Shown here: piece by piece, positions 28,458 to 38,455 of the stretch
Layout of the letters: each line of letters begins with the position of its first letter
How positions within the stretch are numbered: the first letter of the stretch is position 1
Virus record (IMG/VR): IMGVR_UViG_3300021963_000035
Location: 32,001 to 96,000 of that record
Reading direction: 5' to 3' (one strand)
Length of the DNA: 64,000 nt
Origin: a virus
Position numbers and translations under genes: made by a program
The notes under the pieces: model-generated
What the model was told of the DNA's origin: nothing
The model's database searches: none
What the model saw: the letters and a program-made list of their open reading frames with translations, nothing else

Positions 28458-29408
28458 ATGGCCGATAAAACAATTATTGAGCAGATGCTTGAGCATCTGG
28501 TTAACGGCGATAAAGCCAAAGCAGAAGAATTATTCCACGAGTATGTAGTATCAACATCTCGTGATATCTACGAATCACTAATCGATTCCGAAATCGACGA
28601 AGCTTCTCAAGATGAAGACGATCTAGACGAAGCTAGCAAAAAAGATCAAGAAGATGAAGACGATCTAGAAGAAGCTAGCAAAAAAGATCAAGAAGATGAA
28701 GACGATCTAGAAGAAAACTACGACGAATTTGCAACAGAAGGCGACGACGAAGAAGGCGGTTTTCCAGGTAGCATGGAAAAAACCGGCGATCTAGAAAAAG
28801 AAATTGACGACGAAGAAGGTGAAGGTGAAGGCGAAGACGAAGGTGACATGGATGCACCAGCAACCAAAGGTGATATCATGTCTGTCAAAGACGATGTCGA
28901 AGAACTTCTAGCAGCATTTGACGAATACAAAGCACAAGAAGAAGGTGAAGGCCACAATTTTGATGGCGAAACAGACATGGATGACATGATGGGCAAAAAT
29001 GGTCCTAAAATGGATTCTTTTGACACAGAATTAGAAACTGTACGTGAGTATGTTGAGAAAGTTCCAGCAGGTCACGGTGCTGAAAAGAAAGGTAGTGCTG
29101 AACAAGGTGGTACAAATACTAAGTCTATTATCGACAACATGAAAAATGACATGGGCGGCACAACTGCTAACATCGTTAGCGGACGCAATGGTGCAGATTC
29201 AGGTCATCAAGGAATGACAGGCGACCTAAAAGGTAGCGGTCTATCAAAAGGAAAGCCACAACTACAAGACGGCGGTAACATTAACGTTCCTGGTGGAAAT
29301 GCTGGTAAGACAGGTTTCAAACACAAGGAGCCAGGACACGGCGCTGAGAAAAAAGGCGCGGGTGAGCAAGGCGGCACAAACTCAACTAGTTTGTTCCGTA
29401 AAAAGTAA
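28458..29408 (+). CDS. Highly acidic prohead core/scaffold-type protein
   Basis: D/E-rich with repeated LxE sites, strong SD AAGGAG, located between portal and protease. Confidence 0.65.
   Translation: MADKTIIEQMLEHLVNGDKAKAEELFHEYVVSTSRDIYESLIDSEIDEASQDEDDLDEASKKDQEDEDDLEEASKKDQEDEDDLEENYDEFATEGDDEEGGFPGSMEKTGDLEKEIDDEEGEGEGEDEGDMDAPATKGDIMSVKDDVEELLAAFDEYKAQEEGEGHNFDGETDMDDMMGKNGPKMDSFDTELETVREYVEKVPAGHGAEKKGSAEQGGTNTKSIIDNMKNDMGGTTANIVSGRNGADSGHQGMTGDLKGSGLSKGKPQLQDGGNINVPGGNAGKTGFKHKEPGHGAEKKGAGEQGGTNSTSLFRKK
28629..28712 (+). repeat. Exact 42 bp tandem duplication (EASKKDQEDEDDLE x2)
   Basis: 28629-28670 is identical to 28671-28712; a shorter related copy lies just upstream. Confidence 0.95.
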
Positions 29409-29421
29409 TCGGAGCCTTTAG

Positions 29422-30051
29422 GTGAAAAATTACCTTAGCGAGCATCTGAGTTTCGATCAGGCGCAGTTGGTTATTGAAAGTGCCAACGAGGAAAACGGCA
29501 ATAAAAGTTTGCATCTAAGCGGAATCTGCGTTCAAGGAGATATCCGCAATGCAAACCAGCGTGTTTATCCATCTTCTGAGATTGCAAAGGCTGTCAAGAC
29601 TATCAACGATCAGCTAGCTGGCGGATACTCTGTGCTTGGGGAAGTTGATCATCCTGCGGATCTACGCATTAATTTGGACCGAGTCAGCCACATGATTACA
29701 AAAATGTGGATGGATGGTCCAAATGGTTACGGAAAAATGAAAATCCTACCAACTCCTATGGGACAGCTAATTTCAACCATGTTGGAGAGTGGGGTTAAAT
29801 TAGGCGTATCAAGCAGAGGCTCCGGTGAAGTTGATGGCGACGGAAAAGTCAATGGTTTTGAAATTATTACTGTTGATGTTGTTGCACAACCATCAGCTCC
29901 GGGAGCTTACCCAACCCCGGTTTACGAACACTTGATGAATCAAGCAGGTGGATATAAGGCATTTAGAATAGCACAAGAAGTCCAAGGCGATACAAAGGCA
30001 CAGAAGTACATAGCAGAGAGTCTTAAACAGATTATCTCTAAACTCAAATAA
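29422..30051 (+). CDS. gp21: Prohead protease
   Basis: N.NQRVYP, GEVDHP, LGVSSRGSG, DVVAQPSAPGAY; GTG start. Confidence 0.95.
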   Translation: MKNYLSEHLSFDQAQLVIESANEENGNKSLHLSGICVQGDIRNANQRVYPSSEIAKAVKTINDQLAGGYSVLGEVDHPADLRINLDRVSHMITKMWMDGPNGYGKMKILPTPMGQLISTMLESGVKLGVSSRGSGEVDGDGKVNGFEIITVDVVAQPSAPGAYPTPVYEHLMNQAGGYKAFRIAQEVQGDTKAQKYIAESLKQIISKLK

Positions 30052-30065
30052 TGTAGGAGAATCAC

Positions 30066-31160
30066 ATGCTAGATTTTGTAAAACAACTTTTTGAAAACAA
30101 TGTGATTTCCGAGGAAATGAAATCGGAGATTGAAACTGCTTGGCAAAGCAAGATTCAAGAAAACCGTGATCAAGTAACTGCTGAGTTGCGCGAAGAATTT
30201 GCTCAGAAATATGAGCATGACAAGAGTGCAATGGTAGAAGCTGTAGAAGCCATGTTACAAGATAGACTACAAGCGGAACTAGGCGAATTAGCTGAAGATC
30301 GCAATGGTCTAATTGAAGCAAAGGCCAAGTATGTTAAGAAAATGAAGCAAGATTCAAAAACAATGGAATCATTTGTATTTGCAAAATTGCAACAAGAACT
30401 TAGCGAACTACATGCTGATCGTCTAGCAGTAGCAGAAAATGTCTCTAAATTAGAAGCATTCATTGTGGAAGCACTAGCTAAAGAAATCGCAGAATTCCAC
30501 ACTGACAAGAAAGATCTTGCCGAAACAAAAGTACGTTTAGTACGTGAAAGCAAGACTAAATTTGAAGCTGTAAAGAAAGAGTTTATCACTCGTTCAGCAG
30601 CAATTGTCAAAGAAGCCGTAGCTACAAAACTACGTCAAGAAATGACACAACTCAAAGAAGACATTGAAGCTGCTCGCCGTAACGACTTTGGTCGCAGAAT
30701 TTTTGAAAGCTTTGCTAGTGAATACTCAGCGAGTTATCTCAATGAGAAAAGCGAAACTGCAAAACTATTAAAAGTAGTTAAGCAGAAAGAAGCTGAACTA
30801 GAAGAAGCAGCAAAAATTGTAGCAGAAACACAAAAATTAGTTGAAAGCAGGAACAAAGAAATTCGCATTGCGAAAGATCTTGCGACCCGTAAGGAAATTA
30901 TGAGTGAATTACTAGGTCCACTTGCAGGAGACAAACGCACAGTAATGGGCGAGTTGCTAGAAAGTGTAGCAACAGAAAAATTACGCGGAGCATACGACAA
31001 GTATCTACCAGCCGTATTGGCGGAAGAAGCTCCAAAAAGAAAGGCAATAACTGAAGGCAAAGAGATCACAGGCGATAAAGAGGCCCCACAACAGAACAGC
31101 AGCGAAGGTAAGACTGCTGAAATTTTCACAATCCGCAAGCTTGCGGGACTTAAAGTTTAA
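30066..31160 (+). CDS. gp22: Major scaffolding (prohead core) protein
   Basis: Long Glu/Lys-rich coiled coil between the protease and capsid genes. Confidence 0.8.
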   Translation: MLDFVKQLFENNVISEEMKSEIETAWQSKIQENRDQVTAELREEFAQKYEHDKSAMVEAVEAMLQDRLQAELGELAEDRNGLIEAKAKYVKKMKQDSKTMESFVFAKLQQELSELHADRLAVAENVSKLEAFIVEALAKEIAEFHTDKKDLAETKVRLVRESKTKFEAVKKEFITRSAAIVKEAVATKLRQEMTQLKEDIEAARRNDFGRRIFESFASEYSASYLNEKSETAKLLKVVKQKEAELEEAAKIVAETQKLVESRNKEIRIAKDLATRKEIMSELLGPLAGDKRTVMGELLESVATEKLRGAYDKYLPAVLAEEAPKRKAITEGKEITGDKEAPQQNSSEGKTAEIFTIRKLAGLKV

Positions 31161-31171
31161 GGAGAACTAAT

Positions 31172-32347
31172 ATGTCAGAACTACTCGAGTCACGCTGGCA
31201 GGAAACCAAAGAGGCACTATTAGAAGGCCTACAAGGAACTCGTCGTTCAGTAATGGCCACTACTCTAGAAAATACCCGCAAGTATTTGTCAGAGAGTGCC
31301 ACTGCTGGTGCTACTTCTGCCGGTAATGTCGCAACCCTAAATCGTGTGATCCTTCCAGTGATCAGACGTGTAATGCCAACTGTCATCGCAAATGAACTAG
31401 TTGGTGTACAACCTATGACTGGTCCAGTTGGTCAAATCCATACATTACGTGTTCGTTACAGCGACACTGATGCTGGTGCTGGCGTAGTAGCTGGTGAAGA
31501 AGCATTCAGCCCATTTAAGATTGCTTCTGCATATTCTGGTAATTCTAGCGAAGGAAATCCAAAAGCAGATTCAACTGCTTCTAAGGAAGGCCGCGCTGGT
31601 AACAGAATGAGCATCCAAATCTAGAAGCAAACTGTCGAGGCAAAAACTCGTAAGTTAAGCGCAAGATGGACATTTGAAGCTGCACAAGATGCACAAGCCC
31701 AACAAGGTATTGACATCGAAGCAGAAATCATGGCTGCTCTAGCTCAAGAAATCACAGCTGAAATCGACCAGGAAGTTTTAACTTCACTACGTACCTTAGC
31801 AGGTTCAGCAGTTGAGACTTATAACCAAGCTGCCGTTTCAGGTACTGCTACATTCGTTGGTGACGAACACGCTGCTCTAGCTGTTCAAATCAACCGTGTT
31901 GCTAACTTGATCGCTCAGCGTACACGTCGTGGTGCAGGTAACTACGCAGTTGTTAGCCCATTTGCGTTAACAATTCTTCAGTCTGCAACTACTTCTGCTT
32001 TCGCTCGTACTACAGAAGGTACTTTCGAAGCTCCAACAAACACCAAGTTTGTTGGTACACTAAACAGCGCGATGCGTGTTTATGTTGATGGCTATGCTGC
32101 TGACAGCACAGACATCCTAGTTGGTTACAAAGGTTCTAGCGAATCTGACGCTCCAGCATTCTACTGCCCATACATTCCATTGATGAGCAGCGGTGTTGTG
32201 TTAGATCCTAGCACATTTGAACCAGTAGTTAGCTTTATGACCAGATATGGTTACGTTGAATTAACCAACGTTGCTTCATCTCTAGGTAACGCAGCTGACT
32301 ATCTAGGTAAAGTTGCTATCACTAGCGGTAACGTTAAGTTTAGCTAA
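31172..32347 (+). CDS. gp23: Major capsid protein; one frame of 391 codons interrupted by an in-frame TAG at 31622-31624
   Basis: GVQPMTGPVGQI, KQTVEAKTRKLSARWT.E.AQD, EITAEID, FYCPYIPL, FMTRYG. ORF-track pieces 31172-31624 and 31730-32347 are in the same frame. Confidence 0.95.
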
Positions 32348-32373
32348 TCTAGAAGAAAACATTTTATGTGTTT

Positions 32374-32399
32374 CAAAAAGGCTCTTCGGAGCCTTTTTG
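32374..32399 (+). terminator. Rho-independent terminator after gp23
   Basis: CAAAAAGGCTC-TTCG-GAGCCTTTTTG, a UUCG tetraloop stem with a U tract. Confidence 0.9.
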
Positions 32400-32416
32400 T
32401 TTGGCTTAAATATCTG

Positions 32417-32686
32417 ATGCAGGTTGAAAGTGATAAAGATTTTCCTGAATTAAGAAAGCAGATACAAGTCTGGAAGAAACGTTTTCCTTTGTTTGCACAC
32501 GATGTCCATAAAATTGAACACATAGTAGAAAATCACATACAAAATTTTTCCATAGCTGGTGTGCATTACAGGCAAACTAAGAGCAAAAAATATCTAGAAC
32601 TTGCCCAAAAAGAGTTAGATGAAATCAACAGAGTTATCGGCACAGTTGAAAAAATTGAACTGATGGCATTACTTTCCCAAAGATAA
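32417..32686 (+). CDS. Hypothetical protein (89 aa; start moved to ATG 32417)
   Basis: The track start at 32366 would translate through the terminator; TAAATA lies 4 nt before ATG 32417. Confidence 0.7.
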   Translation: MQVESDKDFPELRKQIQVWKKRFPLFAHDVHKIEHIVENHIQNFSIAGVHYRQTKSKKYLELAQKELDEINRVIGTVEKIELMALLSQR

Positions 32687-32773
32687 ATACAATGTCTAAA
32701 TGAGCTTGCATAGTGCAAGACTTATGCAGTACCCACTGCGTAGACCTAAAACGTCAACATAAGGAGAAAACAA
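32684..32773 (+). promoter_or_regulatory. Late promoter plus structured 5' leader
   Basis: TAAATA 32684-32689; stems CTTGCA/TGCAAG and TATGCAGT/ACTGCGTA; SD AAGGAG. Confidence 0.6.
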
Positions 32774-33157
32774 ATGGGACGTCCATTAAGAAAAGATGTC
32801 AGGGGAACTGACGTAATCAATACACCAGTCAGTGCAACTGGTATAACAGTAAAATTCCATGACGGTACAGCATTAAGATCCGACGGAATTATTATTAAAC
32901 AGCGCGGATCAAAGACTTTCCTTGTAGCAAGGGTTGGAACTCCAAACACAAGATTTACCTGTGTTCTAAAGAACGGTACACCAAGTGCAGCTGGCGAAAT
33001 GCAACTAACTGGTTCAACATCGGGCATGCTTGATGCCGGTTTAGTAAACTGCGCTAAAATTACCAAACGTGTATTCACTAATTTCAGCGGTACACGTTAC
33101 ACATGGTATTTAGAATCTGACTCATCAGCAGACTATATTGTATTAACAGCTATCTAA
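32774..33157 (+). CDS. Putative virion structural protein (127 aa)
   Basis: Strong SD, late promoter, first gene of the appendage cluster. Confidence 0.7.
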   Translation: MGRPLRKDVRGTDVINTPVSATGITVKFHDGTALRSDGIIIKQRGSKTFLVARVGTPNTRFTCVLKNGTPSAAGEMQLTGSTSGMLDAGLVNCAKITKRVFTNFSGTRYTWYLESDSSADYIVLTAI

Positions 33158-33169
33158 TAGGATTCGGTA

Positions 33170-34177
33170 ATGGGACAAGTAATACAGACTAACGGCGATT
33201 ATGCTATCAAGACCAACTTTGGTGGAGTGATCACGCTGGATACCGGTCCCAGACTGGGACAAACGATAGTTACCGGAGACCTTATTGTCGAAGGTATTAC
33301 TATCACGGTTGATGCAGAAAATTTAAACGTCCAGGACAATGTCCTTACCGTTAACTATGGTGAAACTGGTAATGGCATCAGTCTAAGATATTCTGGTATT
33401 GCTGTCGATAGAGGATTAAATGCAGGTATTCCAAACAGCCAACCTGTATTAGTATATGACGAAAATGCAGATACGTTTATCATCGCAGATGCTAATGCCG
33501 GTTTAACTAACGTTAATTATACAAACAGTAATTTAAAAGTTCGAAGAATACTAACTGACTCTGCTACCGATAACGGAGATTTAACATTAATTGGTTATGG
33601 AAACGGATTAGTAAAAACTACAGGAACTACTGATTATTTTGAATCTATTCTTAGCAGGATCAATGATCCTATTAACTTTCCTTCCGGACTTTCTGTGCCA
33701 GCAACTACAGCTGACGACGTCTTAGCTAACGTAAAATATGTTAACTGGGCAGTTATTAACAATCCTACATACTTCTTAAGAGATGCTGATACTAGAGTAG
33801 TTACAGCAGACCTTAGCACAGTCCATTCTGTGGGTAGCAAAAGTCAAGTATATATTCAAATTGACAATAACACAAGATATCGTTTCTATGACGATATGTT
33901 TAGTTTATTAGGAATAGAAATTACTAATGAAACTATTACAGTGCCAGCGACAAACGATGATTTAAACATAGTCATTAATGGTACAGGAAAACTAGCTATT
34001 AATGCCCCTTTAAAATTAGCAGTTCAAGCTTCTACACCTGCTAGTTCAAGCGGTAACAATATTTTATACGCTAAGACTCCCGGAACAGGTGACAGCGGTT
34101 TATTCTTTGTAAATACTTCAAAGGGCGGAGAATTAATCAGACAACAACGAGCATTGCTTTATTCAATGCTGTTTTAA
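33170..34177 (+). CDS. Putative fibre/appendage protein
   Basis: Beta-strand-rich; VTGDLIVEG..T......LNVQDN fibre-type motif. Confidence 0.6.
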   Translation: MGQVIQTNGDYAIKTNFGGVITLDTGPRLGQTIVTGDLIVEGITITVDAENLNVQDNVLTVNYGETGNGISLRYSGIAVDRGLNAGIPNSQPVLVYDENADTFIIADANAGLTNVNYTNSNLKVRRILTDSATDNGDLTLIGYGNGLVKTTGTTDYFESILSRINDPINFPSGLSVPATTADDVLANVKYVNWAVINNPTYFLRDADTRVVTADLSTVHSVGSKSQVYIQIDNNTRYRFYDDMFSLLGIEITNETITVPATNDDLNIVINGTGKLAINAPLKLAVQASTPASSSGNNILYAKTPGTGDSGLFFVNTSKGGELIRQQRALLYSMLF

Positions 34178-34187
34178 GAGAACATAA

Positions 34188-34751
34188 ATGAGCATAGAAT
34201 CTACACTTTTATTATCAGGCCTAGACCAAACGATTTTCACAGCGTCTGGAACACAGGCTATCACAACAATGGTATTTTGTAATACTGCTACTCCGGATCC
34301 TGCAGACGAATCTGTTCGCGCACAAAGTCTTGAAGTACACTTGATTAAAAGCGGTAGATCTAAAAGCAGTGGTAATACTATTATTAAAAATTTAACTATC
34401 CCTGCAGGAGAAACACTATTCTTTGATACTGAACGTGTAGTTTTAGATAACGGCGACATCGTACAAGCAACGTCTTCAGGCACTAACAGATCAGTTAGCA
34501 TTACAGGGGTTACTCAAGCAGCACAAGCAGTAGTAACATCTAATGGCCACTTATTAGAAGCAGGCAGTTATGTAACAATATCTGGAGTTGTGGGAATGAC
34601 TGAGTTGAATGGTAACACTTATCAGATCGTTTCAATAACCCTTAACACATTTACTCTGAACGTAAATTCAACAGCATTTACAGCATATTCTTCGGGTGGA
34701 GCAGCAGCAGCTGGTTATCTAGCTGCAACAGTGAGTGCATTAACAGTATGA
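34188..34751 (+). CDS. Virion protein with an inserted E1-FCCH-like beta-barrel
   Basis: ITGVTQAAQAVVTSNGH...G..VTISGVVGMTELNG..Y.......TF.L...ST.FTAYSSGG. Confidence 0.65.
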   Translation: MSIESTLLLSGLDQTIFTASGTQAITTMVFCNTATPDPADESVRAQSLEVHLIKSGRSKSSGNTIIKNLTIPAGETLFFDTERVVLDNGDIVQATSSGTNRSVSITGVTQAAQAVVTSNGHLLEAGSYVTISGVVGMTELNGNTYQIVSITLNTFTLNVNSTAFTAYSSGGAAAAGYLAATVSALTV

Positions 34752-35293
34752 AATTCTTAAAAACAAAAAATATAAGTAAATTTTCTGCTAGCGACAATGC
34801 TTATATCCAGTATCCATCTGGAAGGATTTTCATCGACAGCACAAACAGTATGCGGTTGCCTAAAGGTGCAACCGCAGACAGACCTCAGACCAGTCTAGCA
34901 CAAAGCGGAATGGTCCGTTATAACACTACGTCAGATCCTACAGCAAATCCTTCAACAACATCATTAGGTCTAGAAGTTTACCATGATGGGGCATGGAGAA
35001 CTGTTAGATTTAAAGGCGCATCAACTATAACAAAACAGACACTAAGTCCTGTAGGTAATGCTGTTGAAACAGTATTTGGTCCGTTAACTTATGTTCCTGC
35101 CACAGCTGACAATATTATCGTTCTAGTAGAGAATGTTCCACAGATTTCAACAACAAACTTTACACTAGAACAAAGTGTTAGCGGTAGCTTAACTGGTCCT
35201 TCTGCTCCGTATGCAGACGGGTGGTATTTAAAATTTACCAGCGCAGTGCCTGTTGGAAAATATGTAACAGTGTATTACGGCTTTGATCAGTAA
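34748..35293 (+). CDS. Putative fibre/appendage protein
   Basis: LPKG.TA.RP.....GMVRYNT motif shared with the two following genes. Confidence 0.65.
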   Translation: MKFLKTKNISKFSASDNAYIQYPSGRIFIDSTNSMRLPKGATADRPQTSLAQSGMVRYNTTSDPTANPSTTSLGLEVYHDGAWRTVRFKGASTITKQTLSPVGNAVETVFGPLTYVPATADNIIVLVENVPQISTTNFTLEQSVSGSLTGPSAPYADGWYLKFTSAVPVGKYVTVYYGFDQ

Positions 35294-35307
35294 TACAAGG
35301 AGCGGCC

Positions 35308-36837
35308 ATGCCTGGAGCAGAACTAGGTAGAATATCAGGGCAGATGTTAACTTCAAACCTAGAGAGGTTTGGAGTAGATCTAGCGTTTGAGACTAGCCTA
35401 TTATATCTTAAAGTACCCCCACAGACTTCTGAAGATCCTAATCTATTATCTGGGTTAGGAAAGGGTATAGGAATTAAGACTGATTCTTTCAGTCGAGATC
35501 TTCAGATCAACGGAACTACTCAAACAGATTATCTAATTGGTTTGACTGGGACCCTAGGTAATCTCACAGTTAACAATAATCAAATAGGCAGTATCAGCGG
35601 CCCTATCTATGTTCGAGCTGGGAATGGTACTGGGACAGTGTTAGTCAGTAAAACAGTTACTGACGATTTGCAATTAAATGACAATGTAATATCAAGTAGA
35701 AATTCAAATACACCAATAGCACTTGACCCAAACGGAACTGGCACTGTAGATTTTAGATCTAATACTAGAATTTTTGGTAATTATAGTTCTACTGGTAATA
35801 TAGTAATAGACGGCAATTTCTCATTTGGTGGAAATATTACCGTCGGGGATCAAACAACTGATACTCTAAGTTTAACACCAGAATTAACACAGACTTTACA
35901 GCCGGGAGTAGACAGCACATACGATTTAGGCAGTACTCTTAAACGTTGGAGAACTGCTTATATCAGTGATCCATTGATCAGTAACAGTGTTATGATCAAT
36001 CAAAATAGAATCAGTACTTCTATTTCTAATGCTAATTTAGAATTAAGCGGTAATAGTTCTGGCGGTGTATTAGCAGAAAAAATAAGAATAGTTAATAATA
36101 CTATAGAAAACAGTTGGTCTGGAGCTACCAATGATCTGCAGAGGTCTATAGTTTTTACGCCCAGCGGCGGACAATTAATAATTAATTCTACAACATCGTT
36201 GAGATTTCCTGCAGGAACAGTTGCCCAATATCCGAATCCTGTAATCGGAGACTTACGATACAACACTACATTCGGAACATTTAGTGGGCTCGGAGGAGCA
36301 TTTGCCGGATTATACTCTACAGACCTTGCTACTCGCGTTACTACTCCTAGAGATATTTCTAGTAATATCATCAATTTTACTGCGGCAGGATCTCAAATAG
36401 CCAGTGTAGATTCTGTTAAATTATCTGCCATAAGAGTAGATGTAGACCAGGTTACTATAGATAACAACAGCATAAGCTCTAATAGCTTAAACACTAACTT
36501 AGAATTCTACGGTAATTCTAGCGAAGTGAAACTAGACAACATAGGCATACAAGGTAGTGCGTTTATTAATCCTAGTAGTGGTGCTGTAGAATTTAAATCT
36601 ACAAATCAAGGTTACTATAGGCTAACAGGAACTAACGCAGTTGTTATTCCAACAGGCGATACTGCCAGTCGTCTAATTCCTGCTCCAGAAATTGGTTATC
36701 TAAGATTCAATACTGATGTGAACCAGTTAGAAATTTGGGATGGTTCAATTTATAATATTACCACTGGTGCTGGTTCGGTAGTTACGCAAGCCGAAATGGA
36801 AGAACTATCTAATTTTTATACCATTGTCTTCGGTTAA
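35308..36837 (+). CDS. Fibre protein, paralog of 36959-38452
   Basis: Shared GRISG..L..NL.R.GVDLAFET N-terminus and SNANLEL repeats. Confidence 0.7.
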   Translation: MPGAELGRISGQMLTSNLERFGVDLAFETSLLYLKVPPQTSEDPNLLSGLGKGIGIKTDSFSRDLQINGTTQTDYLIGLTGTLGNLTVNNNQIGSISGPIYVRAGNGTGTVLVSKTVTDDLQLNDNVISSRNSNTPIALDPNGTGTVDFRSNTRIFGNYSSTGNIVIDGNFSFGGNITVGDQTTDTLSLTPELTQTLQPGVDSTYDLGSTLKRWRTAYISDPLISNSVMINQNRISTSISNANLELSGNSSGGVLAEKIRIVNNTIENSWSGATNDLQRSIVFTPSGGQLIINSTTSLRFPAGTVAQYPNPVIGDLRYNTTFGTFSGLGGAFAGLYSTDLATRVTTPRDISSNIINFTAAGSQIASVDSVKLSAIRVDVDQVTIDNNSISSNSLNTNLEFYGNSSEVKLDNIGIQGSAFINPSSGAVEFKSTNQGYYRLTGTNAVVIPTGDTASRLIPAPEIGYLRFNTDVNQLEIWDGSIYNITTGAGSVVTQAEMEELSNFYTIVFG

Positions 36838-36850
36838 TCTCCAATTTGAA

Positions 36851-36958
36851 TAAATACTTGTGATTACGAAAGATGACCAATTTTTCGTATGATTAAACTG
36901 TGGTAAACCCGCAATGTAAGGTGGTTATCCGTGAAACTCGGTGTCATAAGGAGAGCTG
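36851..36958 (+). promoter_or_regulatory. Late promoter plus pseudoknotted 5' leader
   Basis: TAAATA 36851-36856; 9 bp stem 36865-36873/36881-36889 whose loop can pair with 36922-36927; two further hairpins; SD AAGGAG. Confidence 0.6.
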
Positions 36959-38452
36959 ATGGCTGTTGGTCGCATTTCAGGTCCGCTCTTAAAGGCGAAT
37001 TTGCTTCGTAATGGGGTAGATCTGGCTTTTGAGACCGACCTTCTATATCTCGATGTTAATAACTCCCGCATTGGTGTAAACACTGCCGCTCCTGCTTATG
37101 ACCTAGATGTTTCAGGAACAACAAGAACAACCAATTTAGAAGTAACCAATCAATTAGATATTGGTGCTTTTAAAATTTCTGGTAACACAATCCTAGCTAA
37201 TACACCTACAATGAGTTTCTTGCCAGCAGCAGGAGACATTACTGTTTATCAGTCACGCCTTAGCGTAGACGATTTGTTGTTAGAAGGTAATACTATTAGA
37301 ACAGCAAATTCTAATGCTAATCTAGAATTTAGACCAAATGGAACCGGCACTGTTGACATTTATGGTAACACCAATGTCTATGGTAACCTATACGCCACTG
37401 GTAATATCAGTTTAGATGGTAATGTTGTTATCAAAGGTAACATTACTATTGGCGATCAAACTACTGATACTATTACGATTAATGCCGGAATAACCAGCAA
37501 CATATTGCCAGAATATACAGGACAATTTGATCTAGGTTCTCCAACACTGCAATGGAGAAACATATTTGCTGATCGTGCAGTATTATCAGATGTAGAAATA
37601 TTCGATAATATAATTAGAACAACAGTTTCTAATGCTAATTTAGAATTACGTGCAAATGGTGTAGGTGCTATTAGAATAGAAAAAATCGACATTAATGAAA
37701 ATGTTATCAGCACCTGGGATACAAATGAGAATATAGTTTTACAGCCTCAGGGCTCTGGTAGAGTAATAATTAATTCTACGACTGCTTTACAGATACCTGT
37801 GGGAACAGATGCACAAAGACCATTTCCGGCTGTAGTTGGTGGAATGCGATACAATACAGATCGCAATAGATATGAAGGGTTTGACGGCGCAAACTGGTTT
37901 AACCTTATAGGTGTTGAGGATGTTGACGGTAATACTAAGATTACCGCCGAATTGACACCCGGTGCAAACGACAACACTATTAGATTTTATGCCAACGGTT
38001 CGGTAGTTGCTGACATAAACACTACAAGATTACGTGCTGATAGACTTGATGTTGACAGTGTTACTATCGATAACAATGTTATTAGTACATTAACATCGGG
38101 AACTAATTTACAGATCAATTCCAACGGTACCGGTGTTATTAGAATTGAAAATTTTGATTTTAAAACTAATTCGATTACCAACAGAGTATCTAATGCTATA
38201 ACAACTCTAAACAATACTGGAACAGGTTATTACAAATTTACTGGATCTAATGGTTTTGTTATTCCTAAAGGTCTATCTAGTGAAAGACCAACATCTTATG
38301 CAGAAGTTGGCATGATGCGTTATAACTTAGATTCTCTAGCAGTTGAAGTTTGGGACGGAGTTCAGTGGTCAAGTCCTGCAGGTGCTGGTGGTGCTATTAA
38401 CATTACAACTGCACAAGACATAGCATTAGTAACAGTACTAACATTAGGATAA
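36959..38452 (+). CDS. Fibre protein, paralog of 35308-36837
   Basis: RIGVNTAAPAYDLDVSG fibre motif, repeated N.I.T..SNANLE..NG.G units, IP.G...RP..G.MRYN motifs. Confidence 0.7.
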   Translation: MAVGRISGPLLKANLLRNGVDLAFETDLLYLDVNNSRIGVNTAAPAYDLDVSGTTRTTNLEVTNQLDIGAFKISGNTILANTPTMSFLPAAGDITVYQSRLSVDDLLLEGNTIRTANSNANLEFRPNGTGTVDIYGNTNVYGNLYATGNISLDGNVVIKGNITIGDQTTDTITINAGITSNILPEYTGQFDLGSPTLQWRNIFADRAVLSDVEIFDNIIRTTVSNANLELRANGVGAIRIEKIDINENVISTWDTNENIVLQPQGSGRVIINSTTALQIPVGTDAQRPFPAVVGGMRYNTDRNRYEGFDGANWFNLIGVEDVDGNTKITAELTPGANDNTIRFYANGSVVADINTTRLRADRLDVDSVTIDNNVISTLTSGTNLQINSNGTGVIRIENFDFKTNSITNRVSNAITTLNNTGTGYYKFTGSNGFVIPKGLSSERPTSYAEVGMMRYNLDSLAVEVWDGVQWSSPAGAGGAINITTAQDIALVTVLTLG

Positions 38453-38455
38453 AGA

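Noticed and set aside
31172-32347. Two separate capsid genes, or an intron in gp23
   Set aside because: Both parts are in one frame and the gap encodes conserved capsid sequence; there is no inserted DNA.
36023-37648. 23 nt exact repeat at 36023-36045 and 37626-37648 as a recombination or inversion site
   Set aside because: Direct orientation, encodes the shared SNANLEL motif of paralogous fibres, and no recombinase is nearby.
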